In this document: positions 1-14,100 of the stretch, in pieces
Layout of the letters: every line of letters starts with the position of its first letter
Numbering within the stretch: the first letter of the stretch is position 1
Assembly: GCA_051362555.1 (NCBI GenBank)
Contig: CM120644.1
Coordinates: forward strand, 21,598,534 to 21,662,533
Origin: Lingula anatina
Lineage: Eukaryota; Animalia; Brachiopoda
Direction: 5' to 3'
DNA: 64,000 nt
The notes under the pieces: generated by a model
Told to the model about the DNA's origin: nothing
Databases searched by the model: none
Seen by the model: the letters and a program-made list of their open reading frames with translations, nothing else
Made by a program: the position numbers and the translations under genes

Positions 1-287
1 CTGGCAAATCCCAGGATTTAAAATAGTTAAACGTTAATAATTTTGTCAAATCTTGTGGAATATTTCTGAAATTTGTACAAATGATGCTTAACAATAATAA
101 AAATCTGTGATAAGCTGATTAGTTATCTGAGCCTTTTTTTTAAGTGTCAAGTGTATGGGAAATTGATCATCAGAAGAGTGAGAATTAACCAAAACAAATA
201 TTTCAATATTGCAATGTATCATTTACTCTGAAAGTAAACAGCACATGTGATGATTTGAGGTTGTTTGTGTAAGAGGTTGCAAATTAC

Positions 288-515
288 CTATAACTGTCAT
301 CTGGAAAACAATATATACCAATACAAGAGTTCTCCTTACTACCTCTGCAAGATGCAGATTACTCCTTTCTGGAAGGGGTTGTTGTTATCACAATACTCAA
401 CAAGGCCCTAAATCTTGCCAAATATCATGTATTGTACACATGGAGAAGAAACAGTGCTGCTCTTGGTGGTATCTTTCACTGCCTGCTTTTTCAGCTTTTT
501 CATGGTGAGGGTACT
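288..515 (-). pseudogene. Representative exon-like block repeated in the satellite (228 bp, phase 1-1, internal stops; possible Ig-like exon relic)
   Basis: Minus strand: acceptor TTATATTGTTCTTGTTTCAG|AGTACC, donor GTTATAG|GTAATT. Phase-1 translation: YPHHEKAEKAGSERYHQEQHCFFSMCTIHDIWQDLGPC*VL**QQPLPERSNLHLAEVVRRTLVLVYIVFQMTVI. 15 near-identical copies in the array. Confidence 0.5.
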
Positions 516-3500
516 CTGAAACAAGAACAATATAACTGAAATGACTGAAAATTACATTTGAAAAGAATGACAAATTCGGTGACTTAATTAAAATAGTTAA
601 ACGTTAATAATTTTGTCAAATCTTGTCCAATATTTCTGAAATTTGTACAAATGATGCTTAACAACAATAAAAATCTGTGATAAGCTGATCACTTGTCTGT
701 TTCTAATGAAAAGTACTTTTAAGGACAATATATTTGCGAAAACCAAAAATAACTTTGAAAAGACAGGGATTTTGCAGGACTTAAAATAGTTAAACGTTAA
801 TAATTTTGTCAAATCTTGTCCAATATTTCTGAAATTTGTACAAATGATGCTTAACAACAATAAAAATCTGTGATAAGCTGATCAGTTGACTGTGTCTAAT
901 GAAAAGTGTTTTTTGGAACAATATATTAGGGAGAACTGAAAATTACACTGAAAAGACTGGGAAATCGCGGGACTTAAAATAGTTAAACTTTAATAATTTT
1001 GTCAAATCTTGTCCAATATTTCTGAAATTTGTGCAAATGATGCTTAACAACAATAAAAATCTGTGATAAGCTGATCAGTTGACTGTGTCTAATGAAAAGT
1101 GTTTTTTGGAACAATATATTTGGGAGAACTGAAAATTACACTGAAAAGACTTGGAAATCGCGGGACTTAAAATAGTTAAACGTTAATAATTTTGTCAAAT
1201 CTTGTCCAATATTTCTGAAATTTGTGCAAATGATGCTTAACAACAATAAAAATCTGTGATAAGCTGATCAGTTGTCTGTATTGAATGAAAAGTGTTTTTT
1301 AGGACAATATATTTGCAAAAACCAAAAATTACATTGAAAGGACTGGGATTTTGCAGGACTTAAAATAGTTAAACTTTAATAATTTTGTCAAATCTTGTCC
1401 AATATTTCTGAAATTTGTACAAATGATGCTTAACAACAATAAAAATCTGTGATAAGCTGATCAGTTGACTGTGTCTAATGAAAAGTGTTTTTTGGAACAA
1501 CATATTTGGGAGAACTGAAAATTACACTGAAAAGACTGGGAAATCGCGGGCCTTAAAATAGTTAAACGTTAATAATTTTGTCAAATCTTGTCCAATATTT
1601 CTGAAATTTGTGCAAATGATGCTTAACAACAATAAAAATTTGTGATAAGCTGATCATTTGTCTGTGTCTAATGAAAAGTGTTTTTTGGGATAACATATTT
1701 GGGAAAAGTGATAATTACATTGAAAAGACTGGCAAATCCCAGGATTTAAAATAGTTAAACGTTAATAATTTTGTCAAATCTTGTGGAATATTTCTGAAAT
1801 TTGTACAAATGATGCTTAACAATAATAAAAATCTGTGATAAGCTGATCAGTTATCTGAGTCTTTTTTTTAAGTGTCAAGTGTATGGGAAATTGATCATCA
1901 GAAGAGTGAGAATTAACCAAAACAAATATTTCAATATTGCAATGTATCATTTACTCTGAAAGTAAACAGCACATGTGATGATTTGAGGTTGTTTGTGTAA
2001 GAGGTTGCAAATTACCTATAACTGTCATCTGGAAAACAATATATACCAATACAAGAGTTCTCCTTACTACCTCTGCAAGATGCAGATTACTCCTTTCTGG
2101 AAGGGGTTGTTGTTATCACAATACTCAACAAGGCCTTAAATCTTGCCAAATATCATGTATTGTACACATGGAGAAGAAACAGTGCTGCTCTTGGTGGTAT
2201 CTTTCACTGCCTGCTTTTTCAGCTTTTTCATGGTGAGGGTACTCTGAAACAAGAACAATATAACTGAAAGGACTGAAAATTACATTTGAAAAGAATGACA
2301 AATTCGGTGACTTAATTAAAATAGTTTAACGTTAATAATTTTGTCAAATCTAGTCCAATATTTCTGAAATTTGTGCAAATGATGCTTAACAACAATAAAA
2401 ATCTGTGATAAGCTGATCAGTTGTCTGTATTGAATGAAAAGTGTTTTTTAGGACAATATATTTGCGAAAACCAAAAATAACTTTGAAAAGACAGGGATTT
2501 TGCAGGACTTAAAATAGTTAAACGTTAATAATTTTGTCAAATCTTGTCCAATATTTCTGAAATTTGTACAAATGATGCTTAACAACAATAAAAATCTGTG
2601 ATAAGCTGATCAGTTGACTGTGTCTAATGAGAAGTGTTTTTTGGAACAATATATTTGGGAGAACTGAAAATTACACTGAAAAGACTTGGAAATCGCGGGA
2701 CTTAAAATAGTTAAACGTTAATAATTTTGTCAAATCTTGTCCAATATTTCTGAAATTTGTGCAAATGATGCTTAACAACAATAAAAATCTGTGATAAGCT
2801 GATCAGTTGTCTGTATTGAATGAAAAGTGTTTTTTAGGACAATATATTTGCAAAAACCAAAAATTACATTGAAAGGACTGGGATTTTGCAGGACTTAAAA
2901 TAGTTAAACTTTAATAATTTTGTCAAATCTTGTCCAATATTTCTGAAATTTGTGCAAATGATGCTTAACAACAATAAAAATCTGTGATAAGCTGATCAGT
3001 TGACCGTGTCTAATGAAAAGTGTTTTTTGGAACAATATATTTGGGAGAACTGAAAATTACACTGAAAAGACTGGGAAATCGTGGGCCTTAAAATAGTTAA
3101 ACGTTAATAATTTTGTCAAATCTTGTCCAATATTTCTGAAATTTGTGCAAATGATGCTTAACAACAATAAAAATTTGTGATAAGCTGATCATTTGTCTGT
3201 GTCTAATGAAAAGTGTTTTTTTGGACAACAAATTTGGGAAAACTGAAAATTACATTGAAAAGACTGGCAAATCCCAGGCCTTAAAATAGTTAAAAGTTAA
3301 TTATTGTGTGAAATCTTGTGGAATATTTCTGAAATTTGTACAAATGATGCTTAGCAATAATGAAAATCTGTGATAAGCTGATCAGTTATCTGATTCTTTT
3401 TTTTAGTGTCAAGTGTATGGGAAATTGATCATCAGAAGAGTGAGAATTAACCAAAACAAATATTTCAATATTGCAATGTATCATTTACTCTGAAAGTAAG

Positions 3501-6500
3501 CAGCACATGTGATGATTTGAGGTTGTTTGTGTAAGAGGTTGCAAATTACCTATAACTGTCATCTGGAAAACAATATATACCCATCATACAAGAGTTCTCC
3601 TTACTACCAATGCAAGATGCAGATTACTCCTTTCTGGAAGGGGTTGTTGTTATCACAATACTCAACAAGGCCCTAAATCTTGCCAAATATCATGTATTGT
3701 ACACATGGAGAAGAAACAGTGTTGCTCTTGGTGGTATCTTTCACTGCCTGCCTTTTCAGCTTTTTCATGGTGAGGGTACTCTGAAACAAGAACAATATAA
3801 CTGAAATGACTGAAAATTACATTTGAAAAGAATGACAAATTCGGTGACTTAATTAAAATAGTTTAACGTTAATAATTTTGTCAAATCTAGTCCAATATTT
3901 CTGAAATTTGTACAAATGATGCTTAACAACAATAAAAATCTGTGATAAGCTAATCACTTGTCTGTTTCTAATGAAAAGTACTTTTAAGGACAATATATTT
4001 GCGAAAACCAAAAATAACTTTGAAAAGACAGGGATTTTGCAGGACTTAAAATAGTTAAACTTTAATAATTTTGTCAAATCTTGTCCAATATTTCTGAAAT
4101 TTGTGCAAATGATGCTTAACAACAATAAAAATCTGTGATAAGCTGATCAGTTGTCTGTATTGAATGAAAAGTGTTTTTTAGGACAATATATTTGCGAAAA
4201 CCAAAAATAACTTTGAAAAGACAGGGATTTTGCAGGACTTAAAATAGTTAAACGTTAATAATTTTGTCAAATCTTGTCCAATATTTCTGAAATTTGTACA
4301 AATGATGCTTAACAACAATAAAAATCTGTGATAAGCTGATCAGTTGACTGTGTCTAATGAGAAGTGTTTTTTGGAACAATATATTTGGGAGAACTGAAAA
4401 TTACACTGAAAAGACTTGGAAATCGCGGGACTTAAAATAGTTAAACGTTAATAATTTTGTCAAATCTTGTCCAATATTTCTGAAATTTGTGCAAATGATG
4501 CTGAACAACAATAAAAATCTGTGATAAGCTGATCAGTTGTCTGTATTGAATGAAAAGTGTTTTTTAGGACAATATATTTGCAAAAACCAAAAATTACATT
4601 GAAAGGACTGGGATTTTGCAGGACTTAAAATAGTTAAACTTTAATAATTTTGTCAAATCTTGTCCAATATTTCTGAAATTTGTGCAAATGATGCTTAACA
4701 ACAATAAAAATCTGTGATAAGCTGATCAGTTGACCGTGTCTAATGAAAAGTGTTTTTTGGAACAATATATTTGGGAGAACTGAAAATTACACTGAAAAGA
4801 CTGGGAAATCGCGGGCCTTAAAATAGTTAAACGTTAATAATTTTGTCAAATCTTGTCCAATATTTCTGAAATTTGTGCAAATGATGCTTAACAACAATAA
4901 AAATTTGTGATAAGCTGATCATTTGTCTGTGTCTAATGAAAAGTGTTTTTTGGGATAACATATTTGGGAAAAGTGATAATTACATTGAAAAGACTGGCAA
5001 ATCCCAGGATTTAAAATAGTTAAATGTTAATAATTTTGTCAAATCTTGTGGAATATTTCTGAAATTTGTACAAATGATGCTTAACAATAATAAAAATCTG
5101 TGATAAGCTGATTAGTTATCTGAGCCTTTTTTTTAAGTGTCAAGTGTATGGGAAATTGATCATCAGAAGAGTGAGAATTAACCAAAACAAATATTTCAAT
5201 ATTGCAATGTATCATTTACTCTGAAAGTAAACAGCACATGTGATGATTTGAGGTTGTTTGTGTAAGAGGTTGCAAATTACCTATAACTGTCATCTGGAAA
5301 ACAATATATACCAATACAAGAGTTCTCCTTACTACCTCTGCAAGATGCAGATTACTCCTTTCTGGAAGGGGTTGTTGTTATCACAATACTCAACAAGGCC
5401 CTAAATCTTGCCAAATATCATGTATTGTACACATGGAGAAGAAACAGTGCTGCTCTTGGTGGTATCTTTCACTGCCTGCTTTTTCAGCTTTTTCATGGTG
5501 AGGGTACTCTGAAACAAGAACAATATAACTGAAATGACTGAAAATTACATTTGAAAAGAATGACAAATTCGGTGACTTAATTAAAATAGTTAAACGTTAA
5601 TAATTTTGTCAAATCTTGTCCAATATTTCTGAAATTTGTACAAATGATGCTTAACAACAATAAAAATCTGTGATAAGCTGATCACTTGTCTGTTTCTAAT
5701 GAAAAGTACTTTTAAGGACAATATATTTGCGAAAACCAAAAATAACTTTGAAAAGACAGGGATTTTGCAGGACTTAAAATAGTTAAACGTTAATAATTTT
5801 GTCAAATCTTGTCCAATATTTCTGAAATTTGTACAAATGATGCTTAACAACAATAAAAATCTGTGATAAGCTGATCAGTTGACTGTGTCTAATGAAAAGT
5901 GTTTTTTGGAACAATATATTAGGGAGAACTGAAAATTACACTGAAAAGACTGGGAAATCGCGGGACTTAAAATAGTTAAACTTTAATAATTTTGTCAAAT
6001 CTTGTCCAATATTTCTGAAATTTGTGCAAATGATGCTTAACAACAATAAAAATCTGTGATAAGCTGATCAGTTGTCTGTATTGAATGAAAAGTGTTTTTT
6101 GGAACAATATATTTGGGAGAACTGAAAATTACACTGAAAAGACTTGGAAATCGCGGGACTTAAAATAGTTAAACGTTAATAATTTTGTCAAATCTTGTCC
6201 AATATTTCTGAAATTTGTGCAAATGATGCTTAACAACAATAAAAATCTGTGATAAGCTGATCAGTTGTCTGTATTGAATGAAAAGTGTTTTTTAGGACAA
6301 TATAATTGCAAAAACCAAAAATTACATTGAAAGGACTGGGATTTTGCAGGACTTAAAATAGTTAAACTTTAATAATTTTGTCAAATCTTGTCCAATATTT
6401 CTGAAATTTGTACAAATGATGCTTAACAACAATAAAAATCTGTGATAAGCTGATCAGTTGACTGTGTCTAATGAAAAGTGTTTTTTGGAACAACATATTT

Positions 6501-6623
6501 GGGAGAACTGAAAATTACACTGAAAAGACTGGGAAATCGCGGGCCTTAAAATAGTTAAACGTTAATAATTTTGTCAAATCTTGTCCAATATTTCTGAAAT
6601 TTGTGCAAATGATGCTTAACAAC

Positions 6624-8123
6624 AACAAGGCAGCAAAGCTGTCAAATGTACAGACAAAAAGCAGGAAATAACAAGATAGGCTACTGTCAATTCTGATGCA
6701 AAAGTACATTATGTTACACTGCAAATTCAACATCAAATTCTAATTATGCTCAACAGGTAATACCAATGTAAGTAAAATGTGTAACAAACATAAGGCTTCA
6801 GGCCCATGGGAGTTCAAGTTCACCCTTTGAAAATGTAAAACTTCCAGAAAAAGAAGTCAATTAGACTGCTTTTCCAACTGAGGCTGCATTTTAGTCCTGT
6901 ATTTCTTTTTTGAAAGTTTGGCAATCATAAGTAACATGGTTTTCCCATAATGGTCATCATGGCAGCAGCACCCAAAATTGTGTTTTCTTCTATTCTGATG
7001 CAATATTACATAATGGTTACCAGCATAATGAAAATCAATTTTTAATAATAAAATATACGTATCATGGATTTTCAGAAAATGTGACAAGCATGGGTCTTCA
7101 GGCCTGTGGAACTTCAAAGTCACACCTTGAAAATGCCAATATGTGAAAAATTAAAATTTCACAAAAAAACTGTTTAACTGGCAGATTGCATTGCCTACTG
7201 AAGCTATATTTTAGTCCCATGTTTCTTTCCTGTAAGTTTGAGAACAGTAAGTGACATGGTTTTTCTTAAATGGTCATCATGGGAGCAGTGCCCAAAATAG
7301 GTTTTTTTCCAATTTTGATGCAATATTACATAATGTTTAACAGCATAATGACCATCAATTTTTAATAATAAAATATTAGTATCATGGATATTCAGAAAAT
7401 GTGACTAGCAAAGGTCTTCAGGCCCATGGAACTTTAAAGTCACAACTTGAAAATGCCAAAATGTAAACAAGACAGCACTGTTCTGAAATGTTTTTTTTTC
7501 CATTTTTAACATTTTTTAACATAAAATAAAATTAACAGTTTACTGCCATTTTTATATGATCAACTAAAAAAATTGATGAGATGGGAAAAATATCAATAGA
7601 GCAGTGTTAAATGTCCAATTTCTTCCATTCTGAGATTCTGAACATAGTGAATGATTGAATCTAACAAACTGCAATGATATGAGTTTATTTCCAATTTTTG
7701 AAACTTTATTACACAATACACGATAACAAATTAACCATCATTTTTACAAAATCAACTAACAATGTTGTAAAGATGCAGGAAATGTCAAACAAAAACTTTT
7801 ACGCATCTTATTAGTTTAATAATGAGACTGTTAACATGCCTAAGAATTGAATCTGAGGAAATGTGAAAAATATGCTGAAAAGTGAAAAAACAGCATAACT
7901 TCTACAATAATGGCCCGATCATGCTGATTTTCGAACTTGACCTGCGTTTTATGAATATTCATCAGCTCTGTAAATATGAAGCCAAAAAGTAAAACTGCCT
8001 TCCACTTATCGTGTTTACAAGGAAAGTGCACGGCGCCGGCATCGCCATCGCCATCGGCATCGCCATCGGCGACGACAGACGCAGGTGATGGCAATATGCA
8101 CAGACACATCTGTGTCTGTACAT
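6624..8123 (-). mobile_element. Non-autonomous Helentron-type element (HINE/DINE-1-like), 1500 bp, inserted in a satellite monomer
   Basis: Splits monomer CTTAACAAC|AATAAAAATTTG at AA (TT on minus) with no TSD. Right end has hairpin ATGCACAGACACATCTGTGTCTGTACAT beside a (GCCATC/GGCATC)n microsatellite. Left end has subTIR ATGTACAGAC beside a short stem-loop GGCAGCAAAGCTGTC. Internal ~320-bp duplication (6935/7255). Confidence 0.88.
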
Positions 8124-11100
8124 AATAAAAATTTGTGATAAGCTGATCATTTGTCTGTGTCTAATGAAAAGTGTTTTTTGGGATAACATATTTGGGAAAA
8201 GTGATAATTACATTGAAAAGACTGGCAAATCCCAGGATTTAAAATAGTTAAACGTTAATAATTTTGTCAAATCTTGTGGAATATTTCTGAAATTTGTACA
8301 AATGATGCTTAACAATAATAAAAATCTGTGATAAGCTGATCAGTTATCTGAGTCTTTTTTTTAAGTGTCAAGTGTATGGGAAATTGATCATCAGAAGAGT
8401 GAGAATTAACCAAAACAAATATTTCAATATTGCAATGTATCATTTACTCTGAAAGTAAACAGCACATGTGATGATTTGAGGTTGTTTGTGTAAGAGGTTG
8501 CAAATTACCTATAACTGTCATCTGGAAAACAATATATACCAATACAAGAGTTCTCCTTACTACCTCTGCAAGATGCAGATTACTCCTTTCTGGAAGGGGT
8601 TGTTGTTATCACAATACTCAACAAGGCCTTAAATCTTGCCAAATATCATGTATTGTACACATGGAGAAGAAACAGTGCTGCTCTTGGTGGTATCTTTCAC
8701 TGCCTGCTTTTTCAGCTTTTTCATGGTGAGGGTACTCTGAAACAAGAACAATATAACTGAAAGGACTGAAAATTACATTTGAAAAGAATGACAAATTCGG
8801 TGACTTAATTAAAATAGTTTAACGTTAATAATTACGCAAATCTAGTCCAATATTTCTGAAATTTGTGCAAATGATGCTTAACAACAATAAAAATCTGTGA
8901 TAAGCTGATCAGTTGTCTGTATTGAATGAAAAGTGTTTTTTAGGACAATATATTTGCGAAAACCAAAAATAACTTTGAAAAGACAGGGATTTTGCAGGAC
9001 TTAAAATAGTTAAACGTTAATAATTTTGTCAAATCTTGTCCAATATTTCTGAAATTTGTACAAATGATGCTTAACAACAATAAAAATCTGTGATAAGCTG
9101 ATCAGTTGACTGTGTCTAATGAGAAGTGTTTTTTGGAACAATATATTTGGGAGAACTGAAAATTACACTGAAAAGACTTGGAAATCGCGGGACTTAAAAT
9201 AGTTAAACGTTAATAATTTTGTCAAATCTTGTCCAATATTTCTGAAATTTGTGCAAATGATGCTTAACAACAATAAAAATTTGTGATAAGCTGATCATTT
9301 GTCTGTGTCTAATGAAAAGTGTTTTTTGGGATAACATATTTGGGAAAAGTGATAATTACATTGAAAAGACTGGCAAATCCCAGGATTTAAAATAGTTAAA
9401 CGTTAATAATTTTGTCAAATCTTGTGGAATATTTCTGAAATTTGTACAAATGATGCTTAACAATAATAAAAATCTGTGATAAGCTGATCAGTTATCTGAG
9501 TCTTTTTTTTAAGTGTCAAGTGTATGGGAAATTGATCATCAGAAGAGTGAGAATTAACCAAAACAAATATTTCAATATTGCAATGTATCATTTACTCTGA
9601 AAGTAAACAGCACATGTGATGATTTGAGGTTGTTTGTGTAAGAGGTTGCAAATTACCTATAACTGTCATCTGGAAAACAATATATACCAATACAAGAGTT
9701 CTCCTTACTACCTCTGCAAGATGCAGATTACTCCTTTCTGGAAGGGGTTGTTGTTATCACAATACTCAACAAGGCCTTAAATCTTGCCAAATATCATGTA
9801 TTGTACACATGGAGAAGAAACAGTGCTGCTCTTGGTGGTATCTTTCACTGCCTGCTTTTTCAGCTTTTTCATGGTGAGGGTACTCTGAAACAAGAACAAT
9901 ATAACTGAAAGGACTGAAAATTACATTTGAAAAGAATGACAAATTCGGTGACTTAATTAAAATAGTTTAACGTTAATAATTACGCAAATCTAGTCCAATA
10001 TTTCTGAAATTTGTGCAAATGATGCTTAACAACAATAAAAATCTGTGATAAGCTGATCAGTTGTCTGTATTGAATGAAAAGTGTTTTTTAGGACAATATA
10101 TTTGCGAAAACCAAAAATAACTTTGAAAAGACAGGGATTTTGCAGGACTTAAAATAGTTAAACGTTAATAATTTTGTCAAATCTTGTCCAATATTTCTGA
10201 AATTTGTACAAATGATGCTTAACAACAATAAAAATCTGTGATAAGCTGATCAGTTGACTGTGTCTAATGAGAAGTGTTTTTTGGAACAATATATTTGGGA
10301 GAACTGAAAATTACACTGAAAAGACTTGGAAATCGCGGGACTTAAAATAGTTAAACGTTAATAATTTTGTCAAATCTTGTCCAATATTTCTGAAATTTGT
10401 GCAAATGATGCTTAACAACAATAAAAATCTGTGATAAGCTGATCAGTTGTCTGTATTGAATGAAAAGTGTTTTTTAGGACAATATATTTGCAAAAACCAA
10501 AAATTACATTGAAAGGACTGGGATTTTGCAGGACTTAAAATAGTTAAACTTTAATAATTTTGTCAAATCTTGTCCAATATTTCTGAAATTTGTGCAAATG
10601 ATGCTTAACAACAATAAAAATCTGTGATAAGCTGATCAGTTGACCGTGTCTAATGAAAAGTGTTTTTTGGAACAATATATTTGGGAGAACTGAAAATTAC
10701 ACTGAAAAGACTGGGAAATCGTGGGCCTTAAAATAGTTAAACGTTAATAATTTTGTCAAATCTTGTCCAATATTTCTGAAATTTGTGCAAATGATGCTTA
10801 ACAACAATAAAAATTTGTGATAAGCTGATCAGTTGACTGTGTCTAATGAAAAGTGTTTTTTTGGACAACAAATTTGGGAAAACTGAAAATTACATTGAAA
10901 AGACTGGCAAATCCCAGGCCTTAAAATAGTTAAAAGTTAATAATTGTGTGAAATCTTGTGGAATATTTCTGAAATTTGTACAAATGATGCTTAGCAATAA
11001 TGAAAATCTGTGATAAGCTGATCAGTTATCTGAGTCTTTTTTTAAGTGTCAAGTGTATGGGAAATTGATCATCAGAAGAGTGAGAATTAACCAAAACAAA

Positions 11101-14100
11101 TATTTCAATATTGCAATGTATCATTTACTCTGAAAGTAAGCAGCACATGTGATGATTTGAGGTTGTTTGTGTAAGAGGTTGCAAATTACCTATAACTGTC
11201 ATCTGGAAAACAATATATACCCATCATACAAGAGTTCTCCTTACTACCAATGCAAGATGCAGATTACTCCTTTCTGGAAGGGGTTGTTGTTATCACAATA
11301 CTCAACAAGGCCCTAAATCTTGCCAAATATCATGTATTGTACACATGGAGAAGAAACAGTGTTGCTCTTGGTGGTATCTTTCACTGCCTGCCTTTTCAGC
11401 TTTTTCATGGTGAGGGTACTCTGAAACAAGAACAATATAACTGAAATGACTGAAAATTACATTTGAAAAGAATGACAAATTCGGTGACTTAATTAAAATA
11501 GTTAAACATTAATAATTTTGTCAAATCTAGTCCAATATTTCTGATATTTGTACAAATAATGCTTAACAACAATAAAAATCTGTGATAAGCTGATCAGTTG
11601 TCTGTTTCTAATGAAAAGTGTTTTTTAGGACAATATATTTGCGAAAACCAAAAATTACATTGAAAAGACTGGGATTTCGCAGGACTTAAAATAGTTAAAC
11701 GTTAATAATTTTGTCAAATCTTGTCCAATATTTCTGAAATTTGTACAAATGATGCTTAACAACAATAAAAATATGTGATAAGCTGATCGTTTGTCTGTGT
11801 CTAATGAAAAGTGTTTTTTGGCACAACATATTTGGGAAAACTGAAAATTACATTGAAAAGACTGGCAAATCCCAGGCCTTAAAATAGTTAAACGTTCATA
11901 ATTTTGTCAAATCTTGTGGAATATTTCTGAAATTTGTACAAATGATGTTTAGCAATAATAAAAATCTGTGATAAGCTGATCAGTTATCTGAGTCTTTTTT
12001 TTAAGTGTCAAGTGTATGGGAAATTGATCATCAGAAGAGTGAGAATTAACCAAAACAAATATTTCAATATTGCAATGTATCATTTACTCTGAAAGTAAAC
12101 AGCACATGTGATGATTTGAGGTTGTTTGTGTAAGAGGTTGCAAATTACCTATAACTGTCATCTGGAAAACAATATATACCAATACAAGAGTTCTCCTTAC
12201 TACCTCTGCAAGATGCAGATTACTCCTTTCTGGAAGGGGTTGTTGTTATCACAATACTCAACAAGGCCCTAAATCTTGCCAAATATCATGTATTGTACAC
12301 ATGGAGAAGAAACAGTGCTGCTCTTGGTGGTATCTTTCACTGCCTGCTTTTTCAGCTTTTTCATGGTGAGGGTACTCTGAAACAAGAACAATATAACTGA
12401 AAGGACTGAAAATTACATTTGAAAAGAATGACAAATTCGGTGACTTAATTAAAATAGTTAAACGTTAATAATTTTGTCAAATCTTGTCCAATATTTCTGA
12501 AATTGGTACAAATGATGCTTAACAACAATAAAAATCTGTGATAAGCTGATCACTTGTCTGTTTCTAATGAAAAGTACTTTTAAGGACAATATATTTGCGA
12601 AAACCAAAAATAACTTTGAAAAGACAGGGATTTTGCAGGACTTAAAATAGTTAAACGTTAATAATTTTGTCAAATCTTGTCCAATATTTCTGAAATTTGT
12701 ACAAATGATGCTTAACAACAATAAAAATCTGTGATAAGCTGATCAGTTGACTGTGTCTAATGAAAAGTGTTTTTTGGAACAATATATTTGGGAGAACTGA
12801 AAATTACACTGAAAAGACTTGGAAATCGCGGGACTTAAAATAGTTAAACGTTAATAATTTTGTCAAATCTTGTCCAATATTTCTGAAATTTGTGCAAATG
12901 ATGCTTAACAACAATAAAAATCTGTGATAAGCTGATCAGTTGTCTGTATTGAATGAAAAGTGTTTTTTAGGACAATATATTTGCGAAAACCAAAAATAAC
13001 TTTGAAAAGACAGGGATTTTGCAGGACTTAAAATAGTTAAACGTTAATAATTTTGTCAAATCTTGTCCAATATTTCTGAAATTTGTACAAATGATGCTTA
13101 ACAACAATAAAAATCTGTGATAAGCTGATCAGTTGACTGTGTCTAATGAGAAGTGTTTTTTGGAACAATATATTTGGGAGAACTGAAAATTACACTGAAA
13201 AGACTTGGAAATCGCGGGACTTAAAATAGTTAAACGTTAATAATTTTGTCAAATCTTGTCCAATATTTCTGAAATTTGTGCAAATGATGCTTAACAACAA
13301 TAAAAATCTGTGATAAGCTGATCAGTTGTCTGTATTGAATGAAAAGTGTTTTTTAGGACAATATATTTGCAAAAACCAAAAATTACATTGAAAGGACTGG
13401 GATTTTGCAGGACTTAAAATAGTTAAACTTTAATAATTTTGTCAAATCTTGTCCAATATTTCTGAAATTTGTGCAAATGATGCTTAACAACAATAAAAAT
13501 CTGTGATAAGCTGATCAGTTGACCGTGTCTAATGAAAAGTGTTTTTTGGAACAATATATTTGGGAGAACTGAAAATTACACTGAAAAGACTGGGAAATCG
13601 CGGGCCTTAAAATAGTTAAACGTTAATAATTTTGTCAAATCTTGTCCAATATTTCTGAAATTTGTGCAAATGATGCTTAACAACAATAAAAATTTGTGAT
13701 AAGCTGATCATTTGTCTGTGTCTAATGAAAAGTGTTTTTTGGGATAACATATTTGGGAAAAGTGATAATTACATTGAAAAGACTGGCAAATCCCAGGATT
13801 TAAAATAGTTAAACGTTAATAATTTTGTCAAATCTTGTGGAATATTTCTGAAATTTGTACAAATGATGCTTAACAATAATAAAAATCTGTGATAAGCTGA
13901 TTAGTTATCTGAGCCTTTTTTTTAAGTGTCAAGTGTATGGGAAATTGATCATCAGAAGAGTGAGAATTAACCAAAACAAATATTTCAATATTGCAATGTA
14001 TCATTTACTCTGAAAGTAAACAGCACATGTGATGATTTGAGGTTGTTTGTGTAAGAGGTTGCAAATTACCTATAACTGTCATCTGGAAAACAATATATAC

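Noticed and set aside
597-860. Repeated 87-90 aa minus-strand ORFs (MLLSIICTNF...)
   Set aside because: Chance open frames across satellite monomers with non-ATG starts; broken in most monomer subtypes.
955-975. CENP-B box / centromere call for the monomer
   Set aside because: GGAAATCGCGGG does not fit TTCGnnnnAnnCGGG. Nucleosome-like length alone does not show centromere function.
3610-3804. Repeated 64-aa plus-strand ORF (MQDADYSF...)
   Set aside because: The ATG exists only in one variant (4 copies), the ORF is antisense to the splice-signal-bounded block, and it has no recognisable domain.
7840-8189. ORFs with DADGDG/AMPMAM repeats (also 48686-48922)
   Set aside because: These are translations of the HINE microsatellite.
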